A stretch of DNA of 64,000 nt from Malacoraja senta (Eukaryota): assembly GCA_038087875.1 (NCBI GenBank), contig JAXLNO010000114.1, positions 1 to 64,000 on the forward strand, given 5' to 3'. The notes beneath the pieces were generated by a model. The model searched no databases. It worked only from the letters and a program-made list of their open reading frames with translations, and was not told the DNA's origin. Position 1 is the stretch's first letter; each line of letters starts with the position of its first letter. Both the position numbers and the translations under genes were made by a program. This document shows positions 48,725-59,632 of this stretch, in pieces.

Positions 48725-49070
48725 AGACACCAAATTTGTCCGAGAGGGGTGAGCCAGAGGCCCGTCAAAAGGGTCAACGGCACAGCCCCCACGTTTCCAA
48801 AGATCTTTTTACGTGGCAAAACAGTAGGACCAATGTGCAGAATTCGTAATCTGCTGTGCGGGCAGTAATGTCAGCATTCCCCTGGGAGACTTTGTTGTGG
48901 CCACTTGTATGGGCATTGCACTTAATAATGGCCAGTTGGACTGTGAGGGCTAAGACGGGCAGTAGCTGGTGCAGTAGCCAGAGTTGTTAAGTTGCGAAAG
49001 TCTTCTTCTTGTTGGAGTGAGAGAGAATTGCTGTGGTGCCTTGGCAGAGACACCAGCAATAGTAGTTCAA
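48725..49070 (-). pseudogene. Endogenous retrovirus pol remnant (RNase H C-terminus / integrase start)
   Basis: Manual translation of 48852-48938: QLAIIKCNAHTSGHNKVSQGNADITARTA, followed by TGLWLTPLGQI. Confidence 0.65.
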
Positions 49071-49132
49071 TGTATCTTTCGTTCCATAGATGCTGCCTCA
49101 CCCGCTGAATTTCGCCTGCATTTTTGTCTACC

Positions 49133-49290
49133 TTCCTTATTTACTAAGGTAAATCTCCACATAAACTACACGTCTGGGGGTAAACTGGGTAAATAATATT
49201 ATAAACATCTCCTTATTTACTGAGGTAAATCTCCACATACACTACACGTCTGGGGGTAAAACTGGGGTAAATAATGTTATAAACATCTCT
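49133..49290 (+). repeat. ~75-80-bp tandem duplication; a third copy lies after the Helitron (51410-51470)
   Basis: ATCTCCACATA(A/C)ACTACACGTCTGGGGGTAAA(A)CTGGG(G)TAAATAAT repeated. Confidence 0.8.
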
Positions 49291-49751
49291 CAGTGTCTGC
49301 CTTCCCACTCCCTCTAAATCTATATTACTAAAAGTATATTACTATATTACTAAAAGTAATATAGACCGCTATATTACTAAAAGTAATATAGACCGCTTGA
49401 CCGCTTTTGACTCACTGCGATGTGATTTCCGAGAGAACGCCGCTACTTACGGCCGTCATTTTTGGCCACCTCGCTCAGAGCTCTCCTCCGCCGGACTGGG
49501 CCGGAGGATTTTCCCCATCGATGGAAAAATCAGAGAGATATTAATGTTTTAAATAATTTTACCATTCTCTCTGCTGCCCCTGCTGATGGGAGTGGGGAGG
49601 GACTATAAAACCCGAAGTGGTGTGCCTCACTCACTCTCTGCAAGATGGAGGAAGCGAGAGGGTCACGTCTCTCTGAGCTCTGAATAACACTGACCACATG
49701 TCTACTCAACTGCGAGTGCCCTTAATGTGGTTTGAAAATGAAAATATTGTT

Positions 49752-50445
49752 GGTTTGAAGTAAAAAGGCACTGCAAATGGTTGTTTGGGGGTTTGGGTTG
49801 AAGTAAAAAGGCACTGCAAATGGTTGTTTGGGGGGTTTGGGTTGAAGTAAAAAGGCACTGCAAATTGTTGTTTGGGGGGTTTGGGTTGAAGTAAAAAGGC
49901 ACTGCAAATGGTTGTTTAGGGGTTTGGGTTGAAGTAAAAAGGCACTGCAAATGGTTGTTTGGGGGGTTTGGGTTGAAGTAAAAAGGCACTGTAGAGGGTT
50001 GTTTGGGGGGTTCGGGTTGAAGTAAAAAGGCACTGCAAAGGGTTGTTTGGGGGTTTTAGGTTGAAGTAAAAAGGCACTGCAAATGGTTGTTTGGGGGTTT
50101 GGGTTGAAGTAAAAAGGCACTGCAAATGGTTGTTTGGGGGGTTTGGGTTGAAGTAAAAAGGCACTGTAGAGGGTTGTTTGGGGGGTTTGGGTTGAAGTAA
50201 AAAGGCACTGCAAAGGGTTGTTTGGGGGTGTGGGGTTGAAGTAAAAAGGCACTGCAAAGGGTTGTTTGGGGGTTTTGGGTTGAAGGAAAAAGGCACTGCA
50301 AAGGGTTGTTTGGGGGGGTTTGGGTTGCAGTAAAAGGCACTGCAAATGGTTGTTTGGGGGGGTTTTGGGTTGAAGTAAAAAGGCACTGCAAATGGTTGTT
50401 TGGGGGGTTTGGGTTGAAGTAAAAGGCACTGCAAATGGATGTTTG
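49752..50445 (+). repeat. ~43-44-bp tandem array (~16 units) inside Helitron copy 3
   Basis: TTTGGGTTGAAGTAAAAAGGCACTGCAAATGGTTGTTTGGGGGG. Confidence 0.95.
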
Positions 50446-50803
50446 TCTAAACTTGACAACTTCCCGTTTACACCATATTGTTTGTAGATAAAACGCTACC
50501 ACTTGCGGCTGTGATTTTTGGCCATCTTACTCAGTCCCCTCCGCTCATCAGGTGCAGAGGATTCTTCCCATCAATGAAAAATAAAAGTGTTATTAGTGTT
50601 AAAAAAATGTTGAGAATCTCTCTCCTGTTAATCACACCATGAAGGCCACATCTTTTCCGGTGGAAGGGGGAAGGATTATAAAACCCGGAAGTGTGGGTGT
50701 GGCTCAGTCTCTGCATGATGGGGAGGGAACTGAACACACTGAATGTCTTCTGAACTGTGATTGTGGTGTTTTGTGTGGTTTTATGGTGGTTTTATGGTGG
50801 TTT

Positions 50804-51110
50804 CACCCTGCTTGAAATGGTATGAAACTGCATTTGAATTTGGTGGCCTTGCACCCTCCTTGAAATGGTATGAAACTGCACTTGAATTCGGTGGCCTTGC
50901 ATCCTGCTTGAAGTGGTAGGCAATGAACCTGAATTTGGTGGCCTTTCACCCTGCTTGAAGTGGTATGAAACTGCACTTGAATTTTGTGGCCTTGCACCCT
51001 GCTCAAAGAGGTAAGAAACTGCACTTGAATTTGGTGGCCTTGCACCCTGCTTGAAATGGTAGGAAAATGGATTTGAATTTGGTGGCCTTGCACTCTGCTT
51101 GAAATGGAAT
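50804..51110 (+). repeat. 48-bp tandem array (~6 units) inside Helitron copy 3
   Basis: CACCCTGCTTGAAATGGTATGAAACTGCACTTGAATTTGGTGGCCTTG. Confidence 0.95.
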
Positions 51111-51636
51111 TTCAAGGAATAACCGTGAGTCAACTGCCAGCCCACCAGCCGTGAGTGAGCTGCCAGCACATCAGGCTTGAGGGACTGATCTGTCACCCCA
51201 AGAATCCATTTGGCCCACCATGTCCATACTAGCCCTCTGGAGACCAGTAGTCCCTGCAGCCAACAACACCCATACCAGCGCTCCAGAAAGCCCCCCCCCC
51301 CACTGGCCACCAATATTGTAATTGGTGGAGAGGTGGAATATTGCGTCGGGGGACCAGCCCTCCCTTGTGAACATGCGACCCAACGGGTCCCACTTAGTCT
51401 AGTAATAAATACATCTCCACATAAACTACAGGTCTGTGAGAAAAACTGGGGTAAATAATGTTGCAAACCTCTGTCTGTGTGGCTATATGAGGTAAATCAA
51501 CTCCTCCCTTTCCCCACTCTTCCCCCTTGCTGTACATAATCAATAAACCCCCGTCTAAGGGAGTTAATCAATAAACTCTCTGTCCACCCTCCCTCTCTCC
51601 ACCTCTCTCTCTCTCCCCCTTGACTTCTCCTTCGAT

Positions 51637-52830
51637 GTACCCATGGATGTAGACCACCAGGCCCTGGGGATTTATCAGCCTTCAGTCCCATCAGTCTACC
51701 CAACACCATTTCTTGCCGAATGTGAATTTCCTTCAGTTCCTCCGTCACCCTAGATCCTCTGGCCATTAGTACATCTGCGAGATTGTTTGTGAAGACGGAT
51801 CCAAAGTACCTGTTCAACGTGTCTGCCATTTGCTTGTTCCCCATAATAAATTCACCATTTTCAGCCTTCAAAGGTCCAAATTTAACTAATATTTACCTCT
51901 TCACATACCAAAAGAAGCTTTTACTATCCTCCTTTATATTCTTGACTAGCTTACCTCTGTACCTCATCTTTTCTCCCCGTATTGTCTTTTTAGTTATCTT
52001 CTGGTGCTCTTTAAAAGGCACCCAATCCTCTGGCTTCCCGCTCATCTTTCCCATGTTGTACTTCTCGTTTATTTTGATTCTGTCCCTGACTGCCCTTGTC
52101 AGCCACGGTCGCCCCTTACTCCCCTTGGAATCTTTCTTCCTCTTTGGAATGAACCAATCCTGCACCTTCTGTATTATTCCCAGAAACACCTGCCATTGTT
52201 GTTCCCCCACCTGTTCAGGTGCAACCCATCCTTTTTGTACAAATCGCCCTTCCCCCAAAGCAGATCCCAGTGGTCTAAGAATCTAAATCCCTGCTCCCTG
52301 CACCAGCTCCTCAGCCACATATTGAGATCCTCTATCTCCCTGTTCCCTCCCTCATCAGCACGAGGAACTGGAAGCAAACCGGAGTTAACCACCCTGGAGG
52401 TCCTACTTTTCAGCCGCCTTACGAGTTCTCTGAAGTCACGCTGTAGAATGTCTTTCCACTTCTTCCCAACGTCACTTGTGCCGACATGCACTACCACTGC
52501 TCACCTTTACCCTTGAGGATGCTCTGCAATCGGTTCATGACATCCTGGATCCTGGCACCAGGGAGGCAACACACCATCCTTGACTCCCACCTGTTGCCGC
52601 AGAAACCCCTGTCTGTCCCCGACTACCACGGCTCTGCCTGACGTCTGTCTCTTCGGTTATGCCTCAGCGTCACCTTTTGACTCGCAGACCTGTCCCTTGT
52701 CTCTTCGGGTATCTTCAGTGTAACGATCTTACTGTAGGTCCTGTCCAGGATTTTCCAGGATGATCCTGAGGTCATCCAGCTGCTTCTCCAGTGTCCCAAC
52801 ACGGTCCTTCAGGAGCTGAACCTGGACACA
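51637..52830 (-). mobile_element. Internally deleted CR1 fragments (ORF1 SGNH + ORF2 linker)
   Basis: VHVGTSDVG...KDGLHLN joined to IPKRKK...LKADKSPGP. Confidence 0.85.
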
Positions 52831-53310
52831 CTTTGCTAGAGGCAGGAAACATGTTCCCGATGTCGGTGGAGTTCAGAACCATGGGCCATATTTTAAGAGG
52901 TTGTAAAACGTTTAAGAGGTCTGAAGAAGGGTTTCGGCCCAAAACGTTGCCTATTTCCTTCGCTCCATAGATGTTGCTGCACCCGCTGAGTTTCTCCAGC
53001 ACCTTTGTCTACCTGCCATATTTTAAAAATAAGGGGTAAGCCATTTAGAACGGAAATGAGGAAACCCTTTTTCACACAGAGTTGTTAGTCTGTGGAATTC
53101 TCTGCCTCAGAGGGTGGAGGAGGCCGGTATTCTGGATACTTTCAAGAGAGAGCTAGAGAGAGCTCTTAAAGATAGCGGAGTCAGAGGATATGGTGAGAAG
53201 GTAGGAACGGGTACTGTTTGTGGATGATCAGCTGTGATCACATTGAATGGCGGTGCTGGCTCGAAGGACTGAATGGCCTACTCCGGCACCCATTGTCTAT
53301 GTTTCTTTGT
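52830..53310 (+). mobile_element. CR1 3' fragment containing a Penelope terminal-repeat insertion (~52918-53015)
   Basis: CR1 3'UTR and tail; the insert matches 38640-38735. Confidence 0.8.
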
Positions 53311-53564
53311 AAAAGCTTTTAACTCTACATCTCTCCTGTGACTCTCAGTCTGAGGAAGGGTCTCGACCTCGAATCGTCGGCCATTCCTTCTCTCCAGAGA
53401 TGCTGCCCGTCCCGCTGAGTTACTGCATTATTTTGTAGTCAGGCCCCCCCTTGAGGTTTTATCTCAGGTTTGCAGCCTCTGCAGCTGCTGTGATAGTTTC
53501 CCCTTCCCCCCCCCTCCCCCGCCCCCGAGGCCGGCCACGCCATGGCAACCGTTTGTAGGGCTGG

Positions 53565-55305
53565 TACACAAAAATGCTGGAGAAACTCAGCGGGTGCAGC
53601 AGCATCTATGGAGCGAAGGAAATAGGCAACGTTTCGGGCCGAAACCCTTCTTCAGACTGATAGGGGGTGGGGAGAAGAAAGGAAAAAAGGAAAAAGGCGG
53701 AGGAGGAGCCCGAGGGCTGGGGGAGGGGAGGAGACAACCAGAGGGCTGATGAAGGGGAGGGGACAGCAAGGGCTAGCAGAATTGGGAGAATTCAATGTTG
53801 AAGCCCCCAGGATGCAGACTGCCCAAGCGGAATATGAGGTGCATTTCCTCCAATTTACGGTGTTGCTCGCTGTGGCCATGGAGGAGACCCAGGACAGAGA
53901 GGTCAGATACGGAATGGGAGGGGGAGTTGAAGTGCTGAGCCACCGGGAGGTCAGGTTGGCCATTGCGGACCGACCGGAGGTGTTCGGCGAAACGATCGCC
54001 AAGCCTCCGCTTGGTCTCACCGATGTAGATCAGCTGACATCTAGAGCAGCGGATGCAATAGATGAAGTTGGAGGAGATGCAGGTGAACCTCTGTCGCACC
54101 TGGAACGACTGCTTGGGTCCTTGAATGGAGTCGAGGGGGGAGGTGAAGGGACAAGTGTTGCATCTCTTGCGGTTGCAAGGGAAAGTACCAGGGGAGGGGG
54201 TGGTATGGGAGGGGAGGGAAGAATTGACAAGGGAGTTACGGAGGGAGCGGTCTTTGCGGAAGGCAGACATGGGGGGAGATGGGAAGATGTGGCGAGTGGT
54301 GGGGTCACGTTGGAGGTGGCGAAACTGATGGGGGATCACTTGTTGTATGTGATGGCTGGTGGGGTGAAAGGTGAGGACTAGGGGGACTCTGCCCTTGTTG
54401 TGAGTGGGGGGATGGGGAGAGAGAGCAGTGTTGCGGGGTATGGCAGAGACCCTGGTGCGAGCCTCATCTATGGTGGAGGAGGGGAACCCCCGTTCCCTGA
54501 AGAATGAGGACATTTCAAATGCCCTGGTGTGGAATGCCTCATCCTGGGAGCAGATGCGGCGTAGTCGGAGGAATTGGGAGTGGGGGATGGAGTCCTTACA
54601 GGAAGCAGGGTGGGAAGAAGTGTTGTCCAGATAGCTATGGGAGTCGGTGGGTTTGTAGTGGATGTCGGTAAGGAGTCTATCACCTTCGATGGAGATAGTG
54701 AGGTCAAGGAATGGTAGGGAAGTGTCGGAAATGGTCCAGGTGTATTTGAGTGCCGGATGGAAGTTGGTGGTGAAGCGGATGAAGTCAGTCAGTTGTGTGT
54801 GGGTGCAGGATGTGGCACCAAAACAATCATCGATGTAGCGGAGGTAGAGGTCGGGGATGGGGCCCTGGTACGCATTGAACAAGGATTGTTCTACGTACCC
54901 GACAAAGAGGCAGGCATAGCTGGGGCCCATGCATGTGCCCATAGCTACGCCTTGTATTTGGAGGAAATGGGAGGAGTCAAATGAAAAGTTATTAAGTGTG
55001 AGGACCAGCTCCGCTAGGCGGAGGAGGGTGTCAGTGGCCGGGTATAGGTTGCTTCTACGGTCGAGGAAAAAACGGACGGCTTCGAGACCATCCTGGTGGG
55101 GGATGGAGGTGTACAATGACTGGACGTCCATGGTGAAAATGAGGGGGTGAGGGCCTAGAGAGTGGAATGCGCGTAGACGACGGAGAGTGTCTGAGGTGTC
55201 TTGAACATAGGTAGGGAGGAATTTAACCAAGGGGGATAGGATGGAGTCGAGGTAGGTGGAGGTGAGTTCGGTGGGGCACGAACAGGCAGAGACAATGGGT
55301 CTACG
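53565..55305 (-). mobile_element. Penelope-like retroelement, 5'-truncated
   Basis: RT + GIY-YIG ORF followed by the terminal repeat with a hammerhead-like motif. Confidence 0.95.
53773..55230 (-). CDS. Penelope RT + GIY-YIG endonuclease (open but 5'-truncated, 485 aa)
   Basis: MDVQSLYTSIP, GVAMGT, LRYIDDCF, FLDLTI, HYKPT; NFIYCIRC...IYIGETKRRLGDRFAEH. Confidence 0.85.
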   Translation of the reverse strand: MVKFLPTYVQDTSDTLRRLRAFHSLGPHPLIFTMDVQSLYTSIPHQDGLEAVRFFLDRRSNLYPATDTLLRLAELVLTLNNFSFDSSHFLQIQGVAMGTCMGPSYACLFVGYVEQSLFNAYQGPIPDLYLRYIDDCFGATSCTHTQLTDFIRFTTNFHPALKYTWTISDTSLPFLDLTISIEGDRLLTDIHYKPTDSHSYLDNTSSHPASCKDSIPHSQFLRLRRICSQDEAFHTRAFEMSSFFRERGFPSSTIDEARTRVSAIPRNTALSPHPPTHNKGRVPLVLTFHPTSHHIQQVIPHQFRHLQRDPTTRHIFPSPPMSAFRKDRSLRNSLVNSSLPSHTTPSPGTFPCNRKRCNTCPFTSPLDSIQGPKQSFQVRQRFTCISSNFIYCIRCSRCQLIYIGETKRRLGDRFAEHLRSVRNGQPDLPVAQHFNSPSHSVSDLSVLGLLHGHSEQHRKLEEMHLIFRLGSLHPGGFNIEFSQFC

Positions 55306-55329
55306 GGACAGTTTGTAGGGCTGGATGGG

Positions 55330-55710
55330 CGCTGTACGTCAGAGAGGTGGGGACGCGGCTCTGATTGGTCAGACGCAAGGAGGGGGCGGGACCTGGCCCT
55401 TTGTGAAGTAAAAACGAAGAGGCGGGGCCTCCGCTCAGCGCCGGGAGCTCAGGTGGGAACAGCCGCCGCCGCTCGGCCCCGCGTCCTTTCTCCACCCGCT
55501 CCTCCCTCCCCGATGGCGATCCTGCGGTCAGCGACCCGAGGAGCTGGAGCCCGAGGCGCGCTGGCAGAGGGGGATGTCATTGAGTGAGTCTGGGCGCCCT
55601 CTGGTCCTCCGACTTCAGCGCCCTTCTGATGGCGGGCCGCGGTGCAACCTATCTACGTTCCCCACAAACGGTGTAACCTTATCCAGGGCGGGGTACGTCA
55701 CGGGGCAGGG
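55330..55710 (+). promoter_or_regulatory. CpG island / probable promoter of the second ZNF copy
   Basis: Reverse CCAAT (CTGATTGG ~55360), GC boxes (GGGGCGGG ~55383, GGCGGGG ~55421), CpG-rich; ~300 bp upstream of the acceptor at 56004. Confidence 0.6.
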
Positions 55711-56133
55711 CCGCCCCCCTTCTTTCTCACCCCACCCCCTCCCTTCTCCCCCTCACCCCTCCTCTTCCAATCCCCTTTCCCCTCACTCTCTTCCCTTCTC
55801 CACTTCCCCTCACTTCCACTGTTCTCATTCACCTTCCCCACTTGCCTCCTCACCACCTCTCCAGTGTTTCCCCTCATCACCACCTCTCCATCCACCTTCA
55901 CCCCACTACCCTTACCCCCCTGTTCTCCCCCCCCCCCCGCCCCTTCAAGCACGAGTAATGTCCTGGTTCCCAGCTTGTTGACCTTCTGTATTCCCCTCCT
56001 GCAGGGTTTAGGAGCCGTTGCTGTGGACAAAGAGACGGGGACTTGAGCGGCCATTGAGGGCAGCCAGGGTGCCGGTGACCCCCCCCCCCCATCTGCTCGG
56101 TGTGCGGGCTGAGCTTCGAGCGGCTGATCTGCG

Positions 56134-57204
56134 GTGGAGGACCACTTGGCGAGGCACAACAAGAAGAAGCGTTATGAGTGCGACGTGTGTGGCAAGGCCT
56201 GGCAGCACCTGAGCCATCTGGAGATCCACCGGCGGGTGCACACGGGCGAGAGGCCCTATGGCTGCTCCACTTGTGGCAAGATCTGTGCCAGGTTGTCGGG
56301 GTTGCGGGAGCACCAGTGGGCGCACAGCAGTGAGCAGCCCTTCACCTGCTCTGACTGCGGCAAAGGCTTCAAGTCATCCAAGCGCCTGAATGTGCACAGG
56401 CGCCTGCACACCGGGGAGCGGCTGTACACCTGCAGCGACTGTGGCATGGGCTTCACCCGCTCCGACCTCCTGCTGAAGCACCAGCGCACCCACGGCGGGG
56501 AGCGGCACTACACCTGCGCCCAGTGCGGCAAGGGCTTCACCTACACCAGCAACCTGCTGAGGCACCAGCGCACCCACCCACACCGGAGAGCGTCCCTACA
56601 CCTGCGCCCAGTGCGGCAAGGGCTTCACCCACACCGATGAGCGCCCCTACACTTGTACCCAGTGCGGCAAGGGCTTCATCTGCTCCACCCAGCTGCTGTC
56701 CCACCAGCGGGTGCACGCCGGCGACCGTCCCATCCCCAGCCCGGTGTGTGGAGAGCACTTTGCAATGGCCTCGCACGCCCTGTCTCACCAGCGAGTGCAC
56801 ACCAGTGACCAGCCCTACGGCTGCCCCTACTGTGGTGAGGCGTTTGACAGTTCGCGGGGGGTTGAGTAAGCACCGGCGGGCCCACGCTGGCGAGCAGCTG
56901 CTCCCACTGTGACAAGAGGGCATGGGGGCTGCGGGAGCACCAGCCGATACACACCAGAGAGAAACCCTTTGTGTGCGCTGAGTGTGGCAAGGGTTTCACC
57001 CACATGTCCAGCCTGTGGCAGCACCGGGAGACCCACAGCGGTGAGCATCCCTTCCCCTGCCCGTACTGTGGTAAGGACTTCATCCGCCTTGACCACCTGC
57101 TGGAGCACCGGCGAGTCCACCGGCCAGCGCCCCTTCACCTGCCTGCTCTGTGGCAAGGCCTTTGCCTGCTCCTCCAGCCTGCTGGCACGCCGCCACGTAG
57201 ATAA
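56134..57204 (+). pseudogene. C2H2 zinc-finger paralog, disrupted
   Basis: TTG stands where the paralog has its ATG; frameshift at ~56575-56582 (CACCCACCCACACC); partial finger deletion at ~56628; extra G at ~56860; further frameshift at ~57120. Confidence 0.85.
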
Positions 57205-57644
57205 TCGCTGTTTGGGTAAACACAAAATGCTGGAAGGAATGGGTTACGTTTCTTGTCGAGACCCTCCTCAGTCTAGACCCGAAATGTCACCCAGTCCTTC
57301 TCTCCAGAGATGTTGCCTGTCCCGCTGAGTTACTCCAGCATTTTGTGTCCTTTTTTGTTAACCAGGAACTGCAGTTCCTTGTTTTTAAACCATTCTGGTT
57401 TACCATTTCTGCACCTTCCCCAAAGCCTCCACATCAGTCCTGTAATGGAGTGACCAGAACTGTATGCAATACTCCAAATGCTACCTGACCAATGTCCCTT
57501 AAAGCTGCACATATACATTCCTCTCTCCTTATCTCACATCCTTTCATCTCCTTATTTTCTCTAGCCTCTGTCACTTACTTCACCCATCTGCCGATTACCC
57601 CCTCATCTGTTAACATAGCCTGAAGAAGGGTCCCGACATGACTC

Positions 57645-57835
57645 TGCCACCTATCCATGTTCTCCACAGATGCTTCCTGGCCCGCTTGAGTTACTCCAGC
57701 ACTCTGTGAAGTGTCACCTATCAATGTTCTCCAGAGATGCTGCCTGACCCGCTGAGTTACTCCTGCACTGTGTGAAATGTCACCTATCCATGTTCTCCAC
57801 AGATGCTGTCTGACCCGCCGAGTTACTGCAGCACA
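57645..57835 (+). repeat. 66-bp tandem repeat (Penelope-terminal-repeat derived)
   Basis: Counterpart of 30955-31172. Confidence 0.8.
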
Positions 57836-58767
57836 TCACGTTAGAGTCATAGAGTGATACAGTGTGGATCCACTCTGACCAATATGTCCCGGCTACACTA
57901 GTCCCACCTACCTGCATTTGGTCCATATTCCTCCAAACATGTCCTATCCATGTAACTGTCTATAACTGTTTCTTAAACGTTGGGATAGTCCGAGCCTCAA
58001 CTACCTCCTCTGGCAGCTTCTTCCATACACCCACCACCCTCTGTTGAAAAGTTACCTCTAAGATTCCTATTAAATCTTTTCCCCTTCACCTTGAACCCAT
58101 GTCCTCTGGTCCTCGATTCCCTCACTCAGGGCAAGAGATTCTGTGCATATAACTAAATTGTGTTCTATGCAAGATTCCAGCATCTGCAGTTTCTTGTGTC
58201 TCCCTCACCTATATCCACCTATCACTTCTGAAGAAGGGTCTCAACCTGCAACATCACATAGATACATAGATACATAGAAAATAGGTGCAGGAGTAGGCCA
58301 TTCGGCCCTTCGAGCCTGCACTGCCATTCAATATGATCATGGCTGATCATCCAACTCACCCATTTCTTCTCTCCAGAGATGCTGCATGTCTCGCTGAGTT
58401 ACTCCAGCATTTTGTATCCACCTATAACTTGCCAGGCTTTGTCTGGTCCCCATCTCTCTTTTCCAGCTTCCTCCCCCCACCCTCTCCAATCAGTCTGAAG
58501 AAGGGTCCTGACTCAAATGTCGTCTTTCCATTCCCTCTACAGCGGTGGAGGAACTCAGTAGGTCAGGCCGCATCTGTAGAGGGAAGGCAATCTAAGGCAA
58601 CCACTCCCACCTCTCCTTTCCAACTTTCTCCACCCCCCACACCAAGCAGTCTGAAGAATGGTCCTGACCTAGAATGTTGCCTGTCCATGCTCTCCAGTGG
58701 TGCAAGTTACTCCAGGAGATTGTGTCTCTTTTTGTGAAACAGCATCTGCTGTTCCTTGTATCTAGAC

Positions 58768-58980
58768 TAGGCGTGCATTTCACCCTACACTTGCGCTCGG
58801 TCCGCCAAGGCCTGCTGGATCTCCCGGTTGGCCACCATTTTAACTCCCCTTCCTATTCCCACATTGGTTTTTCTGTCCTGGGCCTCCTCCATTGCCAGAG
58901 TGAGATGACACACAAACTGGAGGGACAGCACCTCAAAGCTGACAGCCCAATGACATGAACATTGATTTCTCCAAATTAAA
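58768..58980 (+). mobile_element. Old Penelope GIY-YIG C-terminal fragment
   Basis: HLRSVRQGLLDLPVGHHFNSPS...SVLGLLHC aligns by eye to the C-terminus of ORF 53773-55230. Confidence 0.8.
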
Positions 58981-59039
58981 TGGACATTCCCCCCCCCCCT
59001 TCCTCGTGGGCCATCTCTTTATCATTCCTCTGTCTTCTT

Positions 59040-59632
59040 CTCGCTGGCGAAAGGCGTCAGGATTCATCCAGAGTCATCGCTTCTGTATTTTAAATATGTT
59101 TTAAAAGTATGTTTTAGTGTTTCTAGGTTTGTTTTGCATGAGGGGGGGGGGGGATTGGGGGAAACTTTTTTTCAGTCACTTACCTCGACGGAGATGCGAT
59201 TTTTCTCCTTTGCCGAGGATCGCCCGTGAGGAGCTCCAACCTCGGGGCCTGTGGACTTTAACACCGTGAAGTCTGCGGTCTCCGGTAAGAAGAGGCCGAC
59301 TCGGGAGCTCCATGCTGTCGAGTGTTCCAATCCATCCCGACGTCGGAATTTCGGTCATCCCCACGCGAGGGCTTCGGACATCGGACCATCGGCAGCGGCG
59401 ACTACAGAGGGTTCAACAGCCCCGACCACGGGTGAACAAACGAGGAAGATGATTGAACTTTATTACCTTCCATCACAGTGAGGAATGTGGATTCCGCTGT
59501 GGTGGATGTTTCTGTTAAATTTTATTTTATGTGGCTGTGTGTCTTGTTGCTTTTTACTTTGTATGGCTGTATGGTAACTCAAATATCACTGTACCTTAAT
59601 TGGTGCATGTGAATGTAAATGTGAACTGAACT
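59040..59632 (+). mobile_element. GC-rich non-autonomous retroposon (third related copy)
   Basis: 5' part resembles 17960-18110; hairpin core at 59469-59506; (TGAAC)n-type tail. Confidence 0.6.

Larger units (their letters stand above)
49319..51402 (+). mobile_element. Complete non-autonomous Helitron (copy 3, ~2.1 kb)
   Basis: A|TCTATATTACTAAAAG 5' end; 3' hairpin GCGACCC-AAC-GGGTCCC + ACTTAGT-CTAG|T; no TSD; no coding capacity; the same host repeat lies on both flanks. Confidence 0.85.
55969..58666 (+). repeat. Right arm of the inverted segmental duplication (partner 30222-33068)
   Basis: Reverse-complement match; carries an extra CR1 tail insertion at ~58256-58356. Confidence 0.9.

Noticed and set aside
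49752..50445. Interstitial telomeric repeat
   Set aside because: The unit is ~44 bp with TTTGGG, not (TTAGGG)n.
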